From: Azolla caroliniana
Lineage: Eukaryota > Plantae > Polypodiophyta
NCBI GenBank assembly: GCA_043228905.1
Contig: JBHGNT010000020.1
Span: 2,542,001 to 2,606,000, forward strand
Length of the DNA: 64,000 nt
Direction: 5' to 3'
In this document: positions 46,800-59,700 of the stretch, in pieces
Layout: the number at the start of each line of letters is the position of its first letter
Position numbering within the stretch: position 1 is the stretch's first letter
Notes under the pieces: generated by a model
The model's database searches: none
What the model saw: only the letters and a program-made list of their open reading frames with translations
Told to the model about the DNA's origin: nothing
Translations under genes and position numbers: made by a program

Positions 46800-49001
46800 C
46801 TAAAAATCCGAGGATTCGCCTCTGAGACTATCTCGATTCCTTTCATGATTGGCTCGCACCGTTAGGAATTGGACCGATCTTTGGTTGTCAAGACTCTTTA
46901 TTCGTGCGAAGGCTGCTCCATTATCGAACACTTTGGTCTCCATCCGAGATGATGTGATATAAGGTTGCCCTAGGATGACAGGATGCGACGCTGATTCTTG
47001 TACGAAGAAGTGTTGATCCATCTCCACATCCCCGATCGTGACTTTGACATTGGGACAAGCTTCGTACAAATCCTCTGTAGACTTTGTTGCCGCGCGAATC
47101 TTCCATCCGTGGTTTGTATTGATTGGCCATCTTCCTTTTTTGTAGAAGTCGGTTGACATGAGGTTGATCTCCGAGCCGTGGTCGATCAAGGCTATCACGG
47201 TCTCTTTCTTCTCCCCGATCTTCACCGGCGTCTCCGTTGTCGCTCGTGCCCAATGAGGTCGAGTGTAGTGGCTGTCCACCATATCTTCATCGATTTCGTC
47301 TCTTGCCATCGTTATGGCATTCGTTTTTGTTTTTTGCGGCTTCTCTTCTTCCTCGTCCGATTGTTGTCTCTTTCTCTTTACAAGGTCCACGATCGTGTCA
47401 TGGAACTCCTTCGTAATGTCAAGCAATTCCCTCAAGGACAAAGTTACGTGGCTATCAAGAACTCGTTCTTCGAGAATCTTCTTTAGGTCCGTCGTCTGCT
47501 CTATGTCCGACCTTAGCTTATAGGTAGGTATAGTCCTTGTCCTCCGAGCGGGGTTTTCGACACCAACCTTCACGGGCCGAACCGTTTCTTCAACTCGTAT
47601 GCCCGGCTCCCCTTTTCGGCTTGATTCTCGTTCCTCCGTTTGTAAAGGTCGACTCGTCTCCGCATCGTCCTTCTTTTTTGCGTTCCTTGTTTCGTGTCTT
47701 TTTGATGGGCCTTGCTCTTCTATTCTCTTTCTCTTTTCTTCGACGAACACCTCGTGGTTGTCGCACATCACCTCTGCGAGTATGGTGTTGTCGTCCACCG
47801 GATCCGACCACCCGGTTATGCTTTGCACGCTTCGGTCCGCAAGCTCTACCTCGTTCGATGTGATTTTTCCTTTCTTCTCATATTCGAGAACGGAAGTCCA
47901 AAACTTTGCTCCCACTCTAGCAACTTCAGTCTTGTCTTTCCCGACTCTTATTCCGGCCGACGCAGCATAGTGCATCGCATCCACATGGGTCGCATCGGCA
48001 TCCTCCATAGATTTCTTCATTCCTCCTCTTCCGAAATTCACCCGTAGGGGTCTTCTAGTCTCGCTTGAGCAGATCATGTTGTCCTCTATGTATACAATAT
48101 TTTGTCGAATCGCCTCTCGAAGGCTCGCACAATCCCTTCTCATGTGGTCCATGCTATCGCACCACACGCATCTAAAGGGTTCTTTTCCTTTAGGCCCCCG
48201 ACGATTCATGTTGGCTAGCGTGACCTTCTCGAACTTCTTCGCTAGCTCTTCAATGATGTCGTCATCAATCTTCTTTTCTTCCACGTTACTTTGTCTTGGC
48301 GGCTCAGCTACTTTCGGCGGTCTTGCTTTCTCCGTGGTAGTCGGTCCCGTCAAGTCGGTGTCATCAACCCATTGGCGACGCTTGTCGAGCCTATTGCATG
48401 CCCGCTTCACCGCGATCCAGTCCGCTACGAGCCCATTTGCTTGGGTATCATCTTCGAGAAGAGTCCCCAACTCCCGTCTATCCTTTATGTCCACGACCTT
48501 CAAGAAGTACAAAGTCTTGTCCTCTTCAAGCAACACTTGGTCTGTATTGGGAAGACGACTAAACATCTGGTCGAATTCGTCGTACACCCTCGAGACGCTC
48601 ATCTTCTTATTCTTCTTCTCTATCCACTTCATCAGGGCATGTCGAGTCATCCTCGTTGAGTCTTCAGTCACGAACTCCGCTAGTATCGTTTTCTCGAACT
48701 CGGACCATGTTGTCTTACCTTCTTGAAGCTCGATGACGCGTCTTTGGATGTTGTTGGCGACAACTCTCTTGAAGCTTGCGATTTGACGTGCCTTGGACAC
48801 GTCCCTCTGATTCATCTCCCTTCTATATGCATCAAGGAACTTCGTAACGTTCCTTCCATCGAATTGGCCCTCGAGCTCTACGACACGATCGACAACCTTC
48901 TCCACGCTCGTGTCGTTGTCCCGAGATCTCATCATTTGCTCGACGATTAGCATCATCCTTTCGATCTCTCCTGCTTGGTTGCTTGAGGACGCCATCTCCA
49001 A
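46800..49001 (-). CDS. gag: Gag plus protease of the outer Phygy-like element
   Basis: 733-aa ORF with CVWCDSMDHMRRDC and ALIDHGSEINL, homologous to 40315-42438. Confidence 0.88.
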   Translation of the reverse strand: MEMASSSNQAGEIERMMLIVEQMMRSRDNDTSVEKVVDRVVELEGQFDGRNVTKFLDAYRREMNQRDVSKARQIASFKRVVANNIQRRVIELQEGKTTWSEFEKTILAEFVTEDSTRMTRHALMKWIEKKNKKMSVSRVYDEFDQMFSRLPNTDQVLLEEDKTLYFLKVVDIKDRRELGTLLEDDTQANGLVADWIAVKRACNRLDKRRQWVDDTDLTGPTTTEKARPPKVAEPPRQSNVEEKKIDDDIIEELAKKFEKVTLANMNRRGPKGKEPFRCVWCDSMDHMRRDCASLREAIRQNIVYIEDNMICSSETRRPLRVNFGRGGMKKSMEDADATHVDAMHYAASAGIRVGKDKTEVARVGAKFWTSVLEYEKKGKITSNEVELADRSVQSITGWSDPVDDNTILAEVMCDNHEVFVEEKRKRIEEQGPSKRHETRNAKKKDDAETSRPLQTEERESSRKGEPGIRVEETVRPVKVGVENPARRTRTIPTYKLRSDIEQTTDLKKILEERVLDSHVTLSLRELLDITKEFHDTIVDLVKRKRQQSDEEEEKPQKTKTNAITMARDEIDEDMVDSHYTRPHWARATTETPVKIGEKKETVIALIDHGSEINLMSTDFYKKGRWPINTNHGWKIRAATKSTEDLYEACPNVKVTIGDVEMDQHFFVQESASHPVILGQPYITSSRMETKVFDNGAAFARIKSLDNQRSVQFLTVRANHERNRDSLRGESSDF

Positions 49002-52000
49002 GTATTAATCTCGACTTGATCCTTCCTACCGCCTCTTTCACGTCGGGTTCACCACTTAATTATGTCGTGAAGATCCGTCACTACGCGCGGATCGTGAGGC
49101 GGAACCGCCGAGGTTCTAGACCGGAAGAATTCAAAGTCGGTATAAGCTTTGGCGCAAGCTTTAGCGAGAAAGTACTTAAGATAGATTGGGAAAGAGAGAA
49201 GTTGAGATTACACGATTGAGAGAGATTGATTGAACTTTTAACTTTAGATTTAAGAAACAAGTTACACCATCAATTTGATAACGAATCTCTTCTTCTTAAT
49301 TTCATAATAATAAAAAAACCGTGTTTTTTCTCCTCCCCCTTCCCTCTTTTATAGATGCTCTCATGCATATGATGCATGTGAGGGTACAAGACATGCATAA
49401 ATTGCATGTTTGCCATTTGGCGCTTATGTATTACATGTGGTGCATGATAACCATGTCACTCATTTTAGCTCTTATGTATGAGAATTTACATGTAAAAGTA
49501 CAATGATAGAAATATAATTTCAACTAAATAGCATGGCTTAATGGTAAGCCAATTGACTCCTAACTTGGAGGTGCAAGGTTTGAATCCTTACTTGCCCTCC
49601 TTATATATGTAAATATGTATATATATTTATATATTTATTTATCTAGTCGCCGGACACCGGTTCGCCGGATGCCGTCGGTTACCGTCGGGAAACAAAATCC
49701 CTTCTCCAGGCATTGGCAGTGGGCGAAGGCAAATCTGAAGCATTTTCGGCTTTTGAATCGGATTCAGAAGGGGAATACAACACGCAGACGAACTACCGCA
49801 CACCCCAAACGTATCGGAGGACGAGGAGTCGGATACCTTGCCGACACCGGAACCAGAATTGACAAGGTTGGAACCTCTGACACCAGAAGTCGAGGAAGAG
49901 AGACCTCTGACACCGGAAGTCGAGAGACCTCCAACACCGAAAGAGGAACAGGAAAGACCTACGATGCCGACAGAGGAGCGGGCAAGACCTCCGACGCTGA
50001 CAGAGGAGGAGGAAAGACCACTGACACCACCAGCCCGCGTACCGACATCAGACGACGATATGCCGTTCCAATATCCCAGATACTGGGATGATCCGGACGC
50101 GGAAGCCCACGTCCATGCGTTTCAGCAGACCTGGGAGGCAAAACATGTGTCCCAACGCTTAAATGCGGACGAAGAGGAACGCTCAAAAATGGCAGAGTTC
50201 GGCATGACCATGGAGGGACCGGCCGCCAGATGGCACCGAACACAAGATCCCAACACCATCCCCACATTTGAAGCATTAAAGACCAAATTCTTGCATTTCT
50301 TTCACAAGGAGATGGACCAACAGGAAATGGTAGGCCTATTTTACATTATCTGGCAGGAACCAACGGAGAACATTCTACAGTTTGTCATCCGGTTCCAGCG
50401 GATCCACAATCAGCTCAGTCGGGCACCACCGGAGGAAGAAACAAAGGCCATATTCTTAGCAACACTCCGGGAACCCTTACGAACGGTGTGCACCGTCATT
50501 GATTTCCTCACTAGTAGCATAGATCAAGTGATCGACCGAGTTCAGGAAATGGAAAAATCAAGTTCATGGCTAACCATGGGCGCACTTTAGCGTGCACTAC
50601 CGACAGATGAGGACCTCCGCTTCCGACAAGCAATTCAATGTACGACATGCTTGAATGCCGGACATTCGGCGTTGGAATGCACCATGCGTTCCCAATGCTT
50701 GCTCTGCCACTCCAGAAGTCACACAATGGAACGGTGTGAGTATAACTTGTTAAATTGGCAAGCACCACCGGTCTGGCAAATTGAACCACGAAGCAACCGG
50801 GAGGAAGAAGAAGAACACTGGCGGCGAGAGGAGCGCTACCGGTTGGCACAAGATGTCTGGTACAGCGATCGAAGAGACGCTTATGACCGGTATGACAAAC
50901 AAGATAGATACCGGGACTATAATGGATGGTACGAGAGATACAACCGGGATCACTCCCCTGGTTACAACCAACGACGGGACGACTATGGCAAGTATGATGA
51001 CCAACCCCGTCAAGGTTACCGAAACAAAAAGAATTTCAACAAGAAACATCATTTCAACAAAAAGGGGGGTCATCCACGGGAACCGGAAAAGGGCGCTCCA
51101 AGCAGCCAATTGGACCAAAACCAAGCACTTACCACAGGACCTCAACCAGGTGCGGGCACAAACGCTGAATCCAGCAACACCCGAAAGGCGTACTGCTATT
51201 ATTGCCGGCAACAAGGCCACTATAGTAACCAATGTCCGGCGAAGAGCTGCGACATGCGACCAACGGTGAACATGGTAGACGCAGAAGTCGCAGACTTATA
51301 GCAAGTCACTACAAGATCAAAAGGCAAAATCACGGAGTGGGAAACTCAAGAAGCCATCCGGAAGCAAGCAACCGAATGGGTAAAGAAGGCAAACGAGCAG
51401 AATGCGGCAGAGCTCGAACAACAAAAGGAGAATGCCGAAGAGCTCACCGGCTTAGGGCAGCCCGAAAACCCAACATGACAAGCGTTACAAGAATGCCAAA
51501 TAACGCTGCCGTTAGGTCAGCTATTGCAACTGGTACCACGCTTCATAGAAGGACTGAAGACAGGAAGGACGACAACCGACACACCACCGGCTCTGACTTT
51601 CTTTTCAAATCCGGAGGAAGGACCGACGGTAGTAGACACGAGCAGTCCGGCAATCACAGCCATCATGAAAGGAAAAGAGCTACCCGACACGATTATCGAT
51701 GGAGGATCCGACATGAACGTGATCAGCCTCTGAACAACACTCTAGGAATCCATGATTGGGAACCATGCCCGTTTTGGCTTCGGATGGCGGACACAAGCTC
51801 AGTACGGCCGACCGGATTAATATGGGATCTGGAAGTGACCATCCGGGGTCACACATTTCGCATTTCGACAGTAGTTCTCTAGTTATAGCCTCAGGGAGCT
51901 TACCCACTATTGTTGGGACGCCCTTGGTTAAAAACAACACACATCAAGCAAAACTAGAGGAAGAATATAATTACGTTTTGACGTGGAAAAGTGAAAGTGC

Positions 52001-55000
52001 GAGTACCGACTCAACCACGGTCGGGTATTGGCAAGGAATTGACGCCGCTATATGTGGAATGTGTCAACATGATGGAAGGATTGGCGAACGAAGAGGTCAA
52101 TCAATACTTGTAGGAAAATCCGAAGATCGTACCGCTGTTCGAAATTGATGCAGCCGAAGCATTATCACCGTACATACTGCAACCGAACGGGACCGACGAA
52201 GAACCGGATAAAGAAGCGATCCGGGAGTTACGGCAAGCATAGGAGGCCCTGGAAAGAGAAATGGCAGTGTCGCAGTGCGTAAAAGCATCCCAACTAGAAG
52301 AGGTAAACCTAGGTACCACAGAGGACGCAAGACCGGTTCACATCGCCAAGGAAATGACCCCGGAGAACAAAATGGCAATGATCACACTCCTAAAAGAATT
52401 TTGCGATGTGTTTGCCTGGTCCTATGAGGACATGCGGGGACTCGATCCTCAGTTGTATCAACACCAGATACATCTGAGTAAAGACGCCAAACCGGTAGCA
52501 CAACGACGTTACCGGATGAACCCGAATTACGTAGCAAAAGTCAAAGAAGAAATCGACAAGTTGCTAATGGTTGGCTTCATCCGACCGGTAAAAAAAGCCA
52601 CATGGCTCAGTCCGATAGTCGTAGTACCGAAAAAGAACGGTAAGATAAGAGTTTGCATCGACTACCGGAAATTGAATGCGGCTACGGTAACAGACGACTT
52701 CCCACTTCCATTCACGGATGGAGTCTTGGATGCGGTCGCCGGTCATTAGGTGTATAGTTTTCTGGACGGGTTCAACGGCTATAATCAGATCCGGATGCAC
52801 CCCGAAGACCAGGAGAAAACCGCTTTTGTCACCGAATGGGGAGTCTTTGTTGCCGTAGTTATGATGTTCGGACTGAAAATGGCACCGACAACCTTCCAGC
52901 GGATCATCATGGTGATTTTCGGAGAATTCATTCCGGCATTCATGCACGTGTTCCTGGACGACTTCGCTGTTTATAGCCGGGAAGGGGATCACCTTCAACA
53001 CCTTTGACTATGTCTGGAGAAATGTAGGGTTTACCGGCTAAGCCTTAACCCGGCAAAATGCGTGTTCGGAGTGTCCAGCGGAGCGTTACTTGGCCACATC
53101 GTGAGCAAGGACGGTATTGCAGTGGATCCAGACAAGGTCAAAGCTATTTTGGAGGCACCGGCACCAACCACGGCAAAGGCATTAAGCAGGTTCTTAGGAC
53201 AAATTCGGTGGCACAGTCGAATGCTCCGGTATCTGGCAGACCTGGCTACACCATTGCATGCCGCGGTACATCAGACACCGTTCCAATGGACGGACACAGA
53301 AGACAAGGCTTACCGGGCACTAAAAGTACTATTGTCACAAGCACCGGTGGTGCAACCTCCGGATTGGTCTAAAGAGTTCCATGTGTTCGTTGACGCGTCC
53401 GACATCGCAATCGGGAGCGCGCTTATGCAACTTACAGAACCGAAATGGTACCGGCTAGTGTATTATGCCAGCCGGAAGCTGTCCCAAGCATAACGTAATT
53501 ATTCCACAATGGAAAGAGAGGCCTTGGGCATGATCTACAGTGTCACCAAGTTTAGACACTATCTGTTGGGAAGGAAATTTTCCTTTCACGTAGATCATTC
53601 AGTGCTCCTCTACTTGGTGTCCAAAGCATCACTCATCGATAAGCTGGCCCGGTGGACGTTACTATTACAAAAGTTTGAGTTCGAGATATTCCACCGACCT
53701 GGCATACAACATGTGGTAGCAGACTATTTGAGCCGGTTATATTCCAGCGAAACCGGTGACGGCATCTCAGACGATTTCCTGGATGCAGAGCTGTTTAGAG
53801 TCACGGCAGAAACGACAACGGATGGTACGGTCGTAGAGGAAGACAAGTGGCTCACCAACATGCACCAATTTTTGAGCACCGGCTTACCTTCGGAGGAGAT
53901 GAACAGAGACGAGAGGAAACGCTTAGCGGTTCAAAGCCGGCACTTTTGTCTATTACAGGACACACTGTACCACAAAGGCGCAGATGGCATATGGCGGCGT
54001 GCAGTGCGCAGCGACGAAAATGACATAATATTGTGCGAAGCACACTGTGGAGTGGCTGGAGGACATTATGTCGGAGATGCTACGACAAGGAAAATATGGC
54101 AGAGTGGACTATGGTGGCCAACAACATTGAAGGATGCAGTCCGGTACGCTAAAGAATGCGACCTATGTCAGCGAATGGGCTAACCAACCGAACAAGCCAG
54201 GATGCCTCACCAGCCCATGCTACCGTTAGAACCATTTCAAAAATGGGGGCTGGATTTTGTCGGTCCATTCAAACCACCTGCAATGAGAACCGGCAACCGG
54301 TACGTGATTGTCGCTACGGATTATTGCACAAAATGGGCGGAAGCCAAAGCACTACGTGACAACACCGTGACATCCATGGAAATTTTTTTATATGAATACA
54401 TCTGGTGCCGGTATGGATGTCCGATAGAGCTAATAAGTGACCAAGGTGGGCACTTTTTAGGGCAAGTAGTGGAAAGTTTGACGACATTCAATGCGGTGGT
54501 GCACAAACGGAGCACTCCCTATTATCCGCAAGCCAACGGATTAGCTGAGTCAACAAATAAAACACTACAGAACATCCTTCGAAAAATCGTCAATGAGAAC
54601 CGGACGGATTGGGATACAAAGCTACACAGTGCACTCTGGGCCTATCGAACGGCATATAAGACAAGTATCCGCACAACACGGTTTCGCCTAGCATTCGGAT
54701 TGGAGGCAGTGATGCCGGTCAAGTTCCATGTACCGAGTTTACAAATACAGATTCGGGAACGCCTAAATGAGAAGTGTTAACTCTTAGGGCCGGACAATGG
54801 CCTAACACAGGGTGTCTACGGAAGACACTTCACCAAAGGGGTGTTACGGTAACAGGATTAGACTCAACGATTAATCCGACTTAATTAGGTTACTTAGCAT
54901 GATCGTCTTTAATAATCACACGCGTAAGATATAACAATGAATGCAGAACGACAATTAACACAGAGAGATAACAACACTAAGCTTTATTCATTAACCGCTA

Positions 55001-55209
55001 TTCATTACATTGTATCCGGGCCTTTAAATAGGTTTCCGGTCTGTATTACAAAACGGTGCCATCCGCACCTGTTTGGGATCGGTCCGGATCCGGAACGACA
55101 TACCGATTCCGGTCCGTCCGTCCACACTCATAGCTTACTTACAACCATTCCTACTAATTAAATAAATCCCCGTTTCACACTCTAGACTCCTTTGCCGGCC
55201 GGTAACACA

Positions 55210-55226
55210 TGGCACGCCCGTGGGAC
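55210..55226 (+). other. Second tRNA-matching site TGGCACGCCCGTGGGAC (tRNA-Arg UCU 3'-end complement) at the PPT position
   Basis: Lies 2 nt from the LTR end and begins with TGG (complement of CCA). No purine tract on the minus strand here. Confidence 0.75.
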
Positions 55227-55779
55227 AGTACCTTGTATGTCGAATCCACAACCGACCCTTGCTATTCTTCGTCCAAAATATCCAGAATGCTTTGTTCGAG
55301 AGTCTCCAATGGTTCATCTAGAATTGGTTGTTGTTGTTGTTGCTGCTCTGTTGATGTCTGCTGCGACGGGTCCGTTGGTGGCTGCTCCGGCTGCTCCTCC
55401 GTTTGTTGCTCTGACACCGGCGTCTCCGTCGTTGCTCCCTCCGTCGTAGTGGTCTCCGGTTGACTGGTTCCGGGCTGGCCCTCGGCCGACGACGGTTCCT
55501 CATCACTAAGGTTAACCGTTGCCGCTTCCCGTGCTTTTTCTTCCCGAACCCGGGACCGCTCGTAGCTTTCAAACTGGATTTGAGCATCCAGCCTATCATC
55601 GTCTAGCTGAGCTACGTGTTGTCAGACCTGCGCTAGCTGTTCATCCGCGAGGACTTGGAAGTCGTCGGCCAGCTCGTCCCGTATGGCGGTGAAGTCCTCG
55701 GAAGTCAACGTATAACAATCATCTCCTTCCTTCCACCGGTTTGCCACGTCTGCCCGTAGCAATTGGAGTTCCGCTGCGT

Positions 55780-56704
55780 TTTGTGCCCACTTTGTCCACC
55801 AACCGCTTGTTGCGCTGCTTCTCGCCTCATCACCACTCGTGCCGACTCCAACACCACTTCGGCCACCATCTCCGCAAGGTCGTCGTCTTCCGACTCCATC
55901 CTCCCTTGCCGCCTTTCACGTCGGGTTCACCAAAGATGTCGCGTTGTTACGCGCGTGCGTGGAGAAAGACGGGACCACGGGGGTCTTGGACCAGGGAGTG
56001 ACAGAGCGTAGGAAGTCGTGCTTCACCGTTTCCGGGGGACCCTAGAAGAACACCGGAAGCGACCGAAGGGAGAGAGAGAAAGAGAGGGAGCTCGCGCTTA
56101 ACACCGACTCACGCACACACACGCCCATACACACACATGCCGACACGACTCACGCCCTTATGTACAGGAAACGCAGAAAAGGGGAAGCACCCGACACCGA
56201 CAGAGACGCGAATAGAGAGACAGACGCAAATGTATATATATAAACAGAAGAATACATTCCCGGCTTCGAGCCGTTCCAAGGCAGGTTACAGTAGTCGTCA
56301 GCTGCCAAGCCGCCGTCGGGGAGCTCACGGGCTCGTCGCGTCGAGCGGGGTCTTGCGCAGGAGATGAGCTGAAGCCAACCTTAAGCGAACACGAAGGAGA
56401 AGAAGAAGAAGTAGAAAAAAAAACTAACTCTAAACCTAACGATATACCCTCTAATGCAAAATGGGCAGCCCTTTTCACAAAGGGCGTTCCCCTCCTTTTA
56501 TAGAACAAGGAAAGGGATGCGTTACAATGTGGGACAAATCCCGACTTACATGGGATCGTCTGTCCCGACTTGACTACTCTTCGGCACCATAAAGGCGCCC
56601 TTGATATTCACAATAAATGTACATGGGTGCGCGCACATACGCTGCACCCCGCCGATGTAGCCAATGTTCCCGGTTTCCGCCTCTGGCCGAAATTCTTCAC
56701 GACA
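55780..56704 (-). mobile_element. Truncated Phygy-like Gypsy: 5' LTR 55937-56704, tRNA-Trp PBS 55915-55932, start of gag
   Basis: TGTCGCG...TTCACGACA termini, PBS TGGTGAACCCGACGTGAA, gag start MESEDDDLAEMVAEVV similar to MRGSDLAEAMASAV. It interrupts the host pol after EMNR. Confidence 0.85.
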
Positions 56705-59700
56705 CCGGTTCATCTCTTTCGGAGGTAGTGCTGTGCTCAGAAACTGGTGCATGTTTGTGAGCCACTTGTCTTCCTGTGCCACCGTCTCATCTGCTGCCGT
56801 TTCCGTAGTGACTCGAAACAGCTCCGCATTCGGAAACTCATCGGCTACTCCGTCACCCATCTCTCCGGAATCTAATCGGCTTAAGTAATCCGCCACAACA
56901 TACTGTATACCGGGTCGGTGGAATATTTCAAACTCGAATTCCTGTAACAGTAAGGTCCACCGGGCCAATTTACCGGTGAGTGACGCTTTGGACACCAGGT
57001 AAAGGAGTGCCGAATGATCTACATGGAAGGAAAACTTCCTTCCCATTAAATAATGCCGAAACTTTGTCACACTGTAGATCATCCCTAGAGCTTCCCGTTC
57101 CGTGGTAGAGTAGTTCCGTTCTGCTTGGGATAGCTTTCGGCTGGCATAGTACACTGGCCGATACCACTTTGGCTCCGTAAGCTGCATCAGTACGCTTCCG
57201 ATCGCGATGTCGGAAGCGTCCACGAACACATGAAATTCTTTACTCCAATCCGGAGGCTGCACTACCGGTGCTTGCGACAATAGTACCTTGAGGGCCCTAT
57301 ACGCCCTATCCTCGGTGTCGGTCCACTGGAATGGTGTTCGATGTACGACGGCATGCAACGGTGTAGCCAGGTCGGCCAAGTATCGGAGCATCCGGCTGTG
57401 CCACCGGATCTGGCCTAAGAACCGGCTTAATGCCTTTGCCGTTGCCGGCGCCGGTGCTTCTAATATGGCTTTCACTTTGTCCGGGTCGACTACAATACCT
57501 TCCTGGTTAACAATATGTCCTAATAAAGTTCCACTGGACACGCCAAATACACACTTTGCCGGATTCAAGCTTAGCCGGTACGCTCTACACTTTTCTAGAC
57601 AAAGACGGAGGTGCTGAAAATGGTCCTCCTCCCGGCTATAGACGGCGAAATCGTCAAGGAAAACCTGCATAAAAGCCGGGATATATTCACCAAAGATTTC
57701 CATGATGATTCGTTGAAATGTTGCCGGTGCCGTTTTGAGTCCGAACATCATCACCACGGCCACAAACACCCCCCATTCGGTGAAGAAAGCCGTTTTCTCT
57801 TGGTCGTCGGGGTGCATCCGGATCTGATTATATCCGCTGAATCCGTCTAAGAAGCTATAGACCTCATGGTCGGCAACAACATCCAACACTCCGTCTGTGA
57901 ACGGAAGTGGAAACGCATCCGTTACCGTAGCTGCATTGAGTTTCCGGTAGTCCACACAAACTCGAATTTTTCCGTTCTTCTTCGGTACGACTACGATCAG
58001 GCTCAGCCATGTCGCTTTCTTTACCGGACGGATAAAGCCAACTCTTAGCAGTTTGTCGATTTCCTCCTTGACTTTGGCGTCATAATTGGGATTCATCCGG
58101 TACCGTCTTTGTGCCACAGGTTTTGCGTCCTTGCTCAAGTGAACCTGATGCTGGTATAACTGAGGGTCGAGGCCTCGCATGTCTTCGTATGACCAGGTGA
58201 ACACATCGCGAAATTCCGTGAGAAGTGTGATCATCGCCGTTTTGTCTTCGAACTTCATCTCCTTGGCGATGTGCACCGATTTTGCTTCGTCCGTGGTCCC
58301 TAGGTTCACCTCTTCCAGTTGCGACGCTTTTACGCGCTGTGAAACGACCATTTCCCGTTCCAACGCTTCCTGCGCTTGCCGTAACTATCGGATTGCATCT
58401 TTATCCGGTTCTGCTTCAGCCTCTCCCGGTTGCGGTAAGTATGGTGCTACTGCTTCGACAATGTCAATTTCGAAGAGGGGTATGATCTTCGGGTTTTCCT
58501 GCAAGTACTGAGCTTCTTCTTCGTCAACTAACCCTTCTAGCATGTTGACGCACTCTGCGTACAATGGTGTACATTCCTTGCCAGTGCTCGTCCTTGGCTG
58601 TGTTGGTACCCGTACCTTGGCTTTTCCTCGCCGGAAGGTAATTATATTTTTCCTCCAATTCTGTTTGATATGTGCCGTTTTCAACCACGACCGCCCTAGC
58701 AATAACGGTTATGCGCCTTGTGCCTGTAATTGTAGCACTACAGCCGAGATATGAAATGTATGATCGCCCACGGTGACTTCTAATTTCCGTATTAATCCAG
58801 TCGGCCGAATTGAGCTTGTATCGACCATCCGTAACCAGAACGGACACGGCTCCCACTCGTGGATTCCTAGGGCCTCACACATCCGGAGGCTTATTACATT
58901 CACCCCGGAGCCTCCGTCTATAACTGTGCCGGGGAGTTCTTTCCCTTTTACAATGGCAGTGATTACCGGACTGTTGGTGTCCACCACCGTTGGTCCCTCC
59001 TCCAGATTCGAGAAGAGTACCGGTGCCGATGATGATTCTCCTGCCGTCATGGTCGTCTTCAGTCCTTCTATGAATCTTGGCACGAGTTGTAGGAGTCTTC
59101 CTAGTGGCAGCGTAATTTGGCATTCTTGCAATGCCTGCCATGTCTCGTTCTCGGAGTGACTGCCGCCGGCAAGCCCTATGGTGTTCTCCTTTTGCCGTTG
59201 TAAGTCCGTGACATTCTGCTCGTTTGCTTTCTTCACCCATTCCGTCGCTTGCTTCCGGATGGTCTCCTGCGTCTCCCATTCCTTGGCCATGCCCTTTGAC
59301 CGTGTGGTCACCTGCTACATATCTACCACCTCAAGGACTACCATATTTACTGCCGGTCGTTTTTCATAGCTCTTCACCGGGCATTGATTACTATAATGGC
59401 CTTCCTGTCGGCAGGAGTAGTAGTAGGCTTTCCGGGTATTGCTGGATTCAGCATTGTCTGTTGTACCCGAGGCAGGTCTTGTGGTATGCGCGGGGTTTTG
59501 GACCGGTTGGCTGCTTGAAGCTCCTTGTTCCGGATCCCGTGGGTAGCCGCCTTTTTTGAAATGCCGTTTTTTGTTATAGCTCTTCTTATTGCGGTACTCT
59601 TGACGAGGTTGCCCGTTATATCTGCCGTATTCCTCCCGTTGCTGACAATACCCGGGGGAGTGCTCCCGTTCGTAATGTTCGTATCGTCTATTGTAATCCC

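Larger units (their letters stand above)
34870..49684 (-). mobile_element. Gypsy LTR retrotransposon (Phygy-like, outer element), hosting 35972-43274; 5' LTR truncated
   Basis: 3' LTR 34870-35936 (TGTCGTGAAGAT...ATCTTCACGACA), PPT 35937-35948, int 43316-44554, RT/RH 44561-46734 (stop and frameshift), gag-PR 46800-49001, tRNA-Trp PBS 49037-49054, 5' LTR 49063-~49684 near-identical to 34870-35491. Confidence 0.95.
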
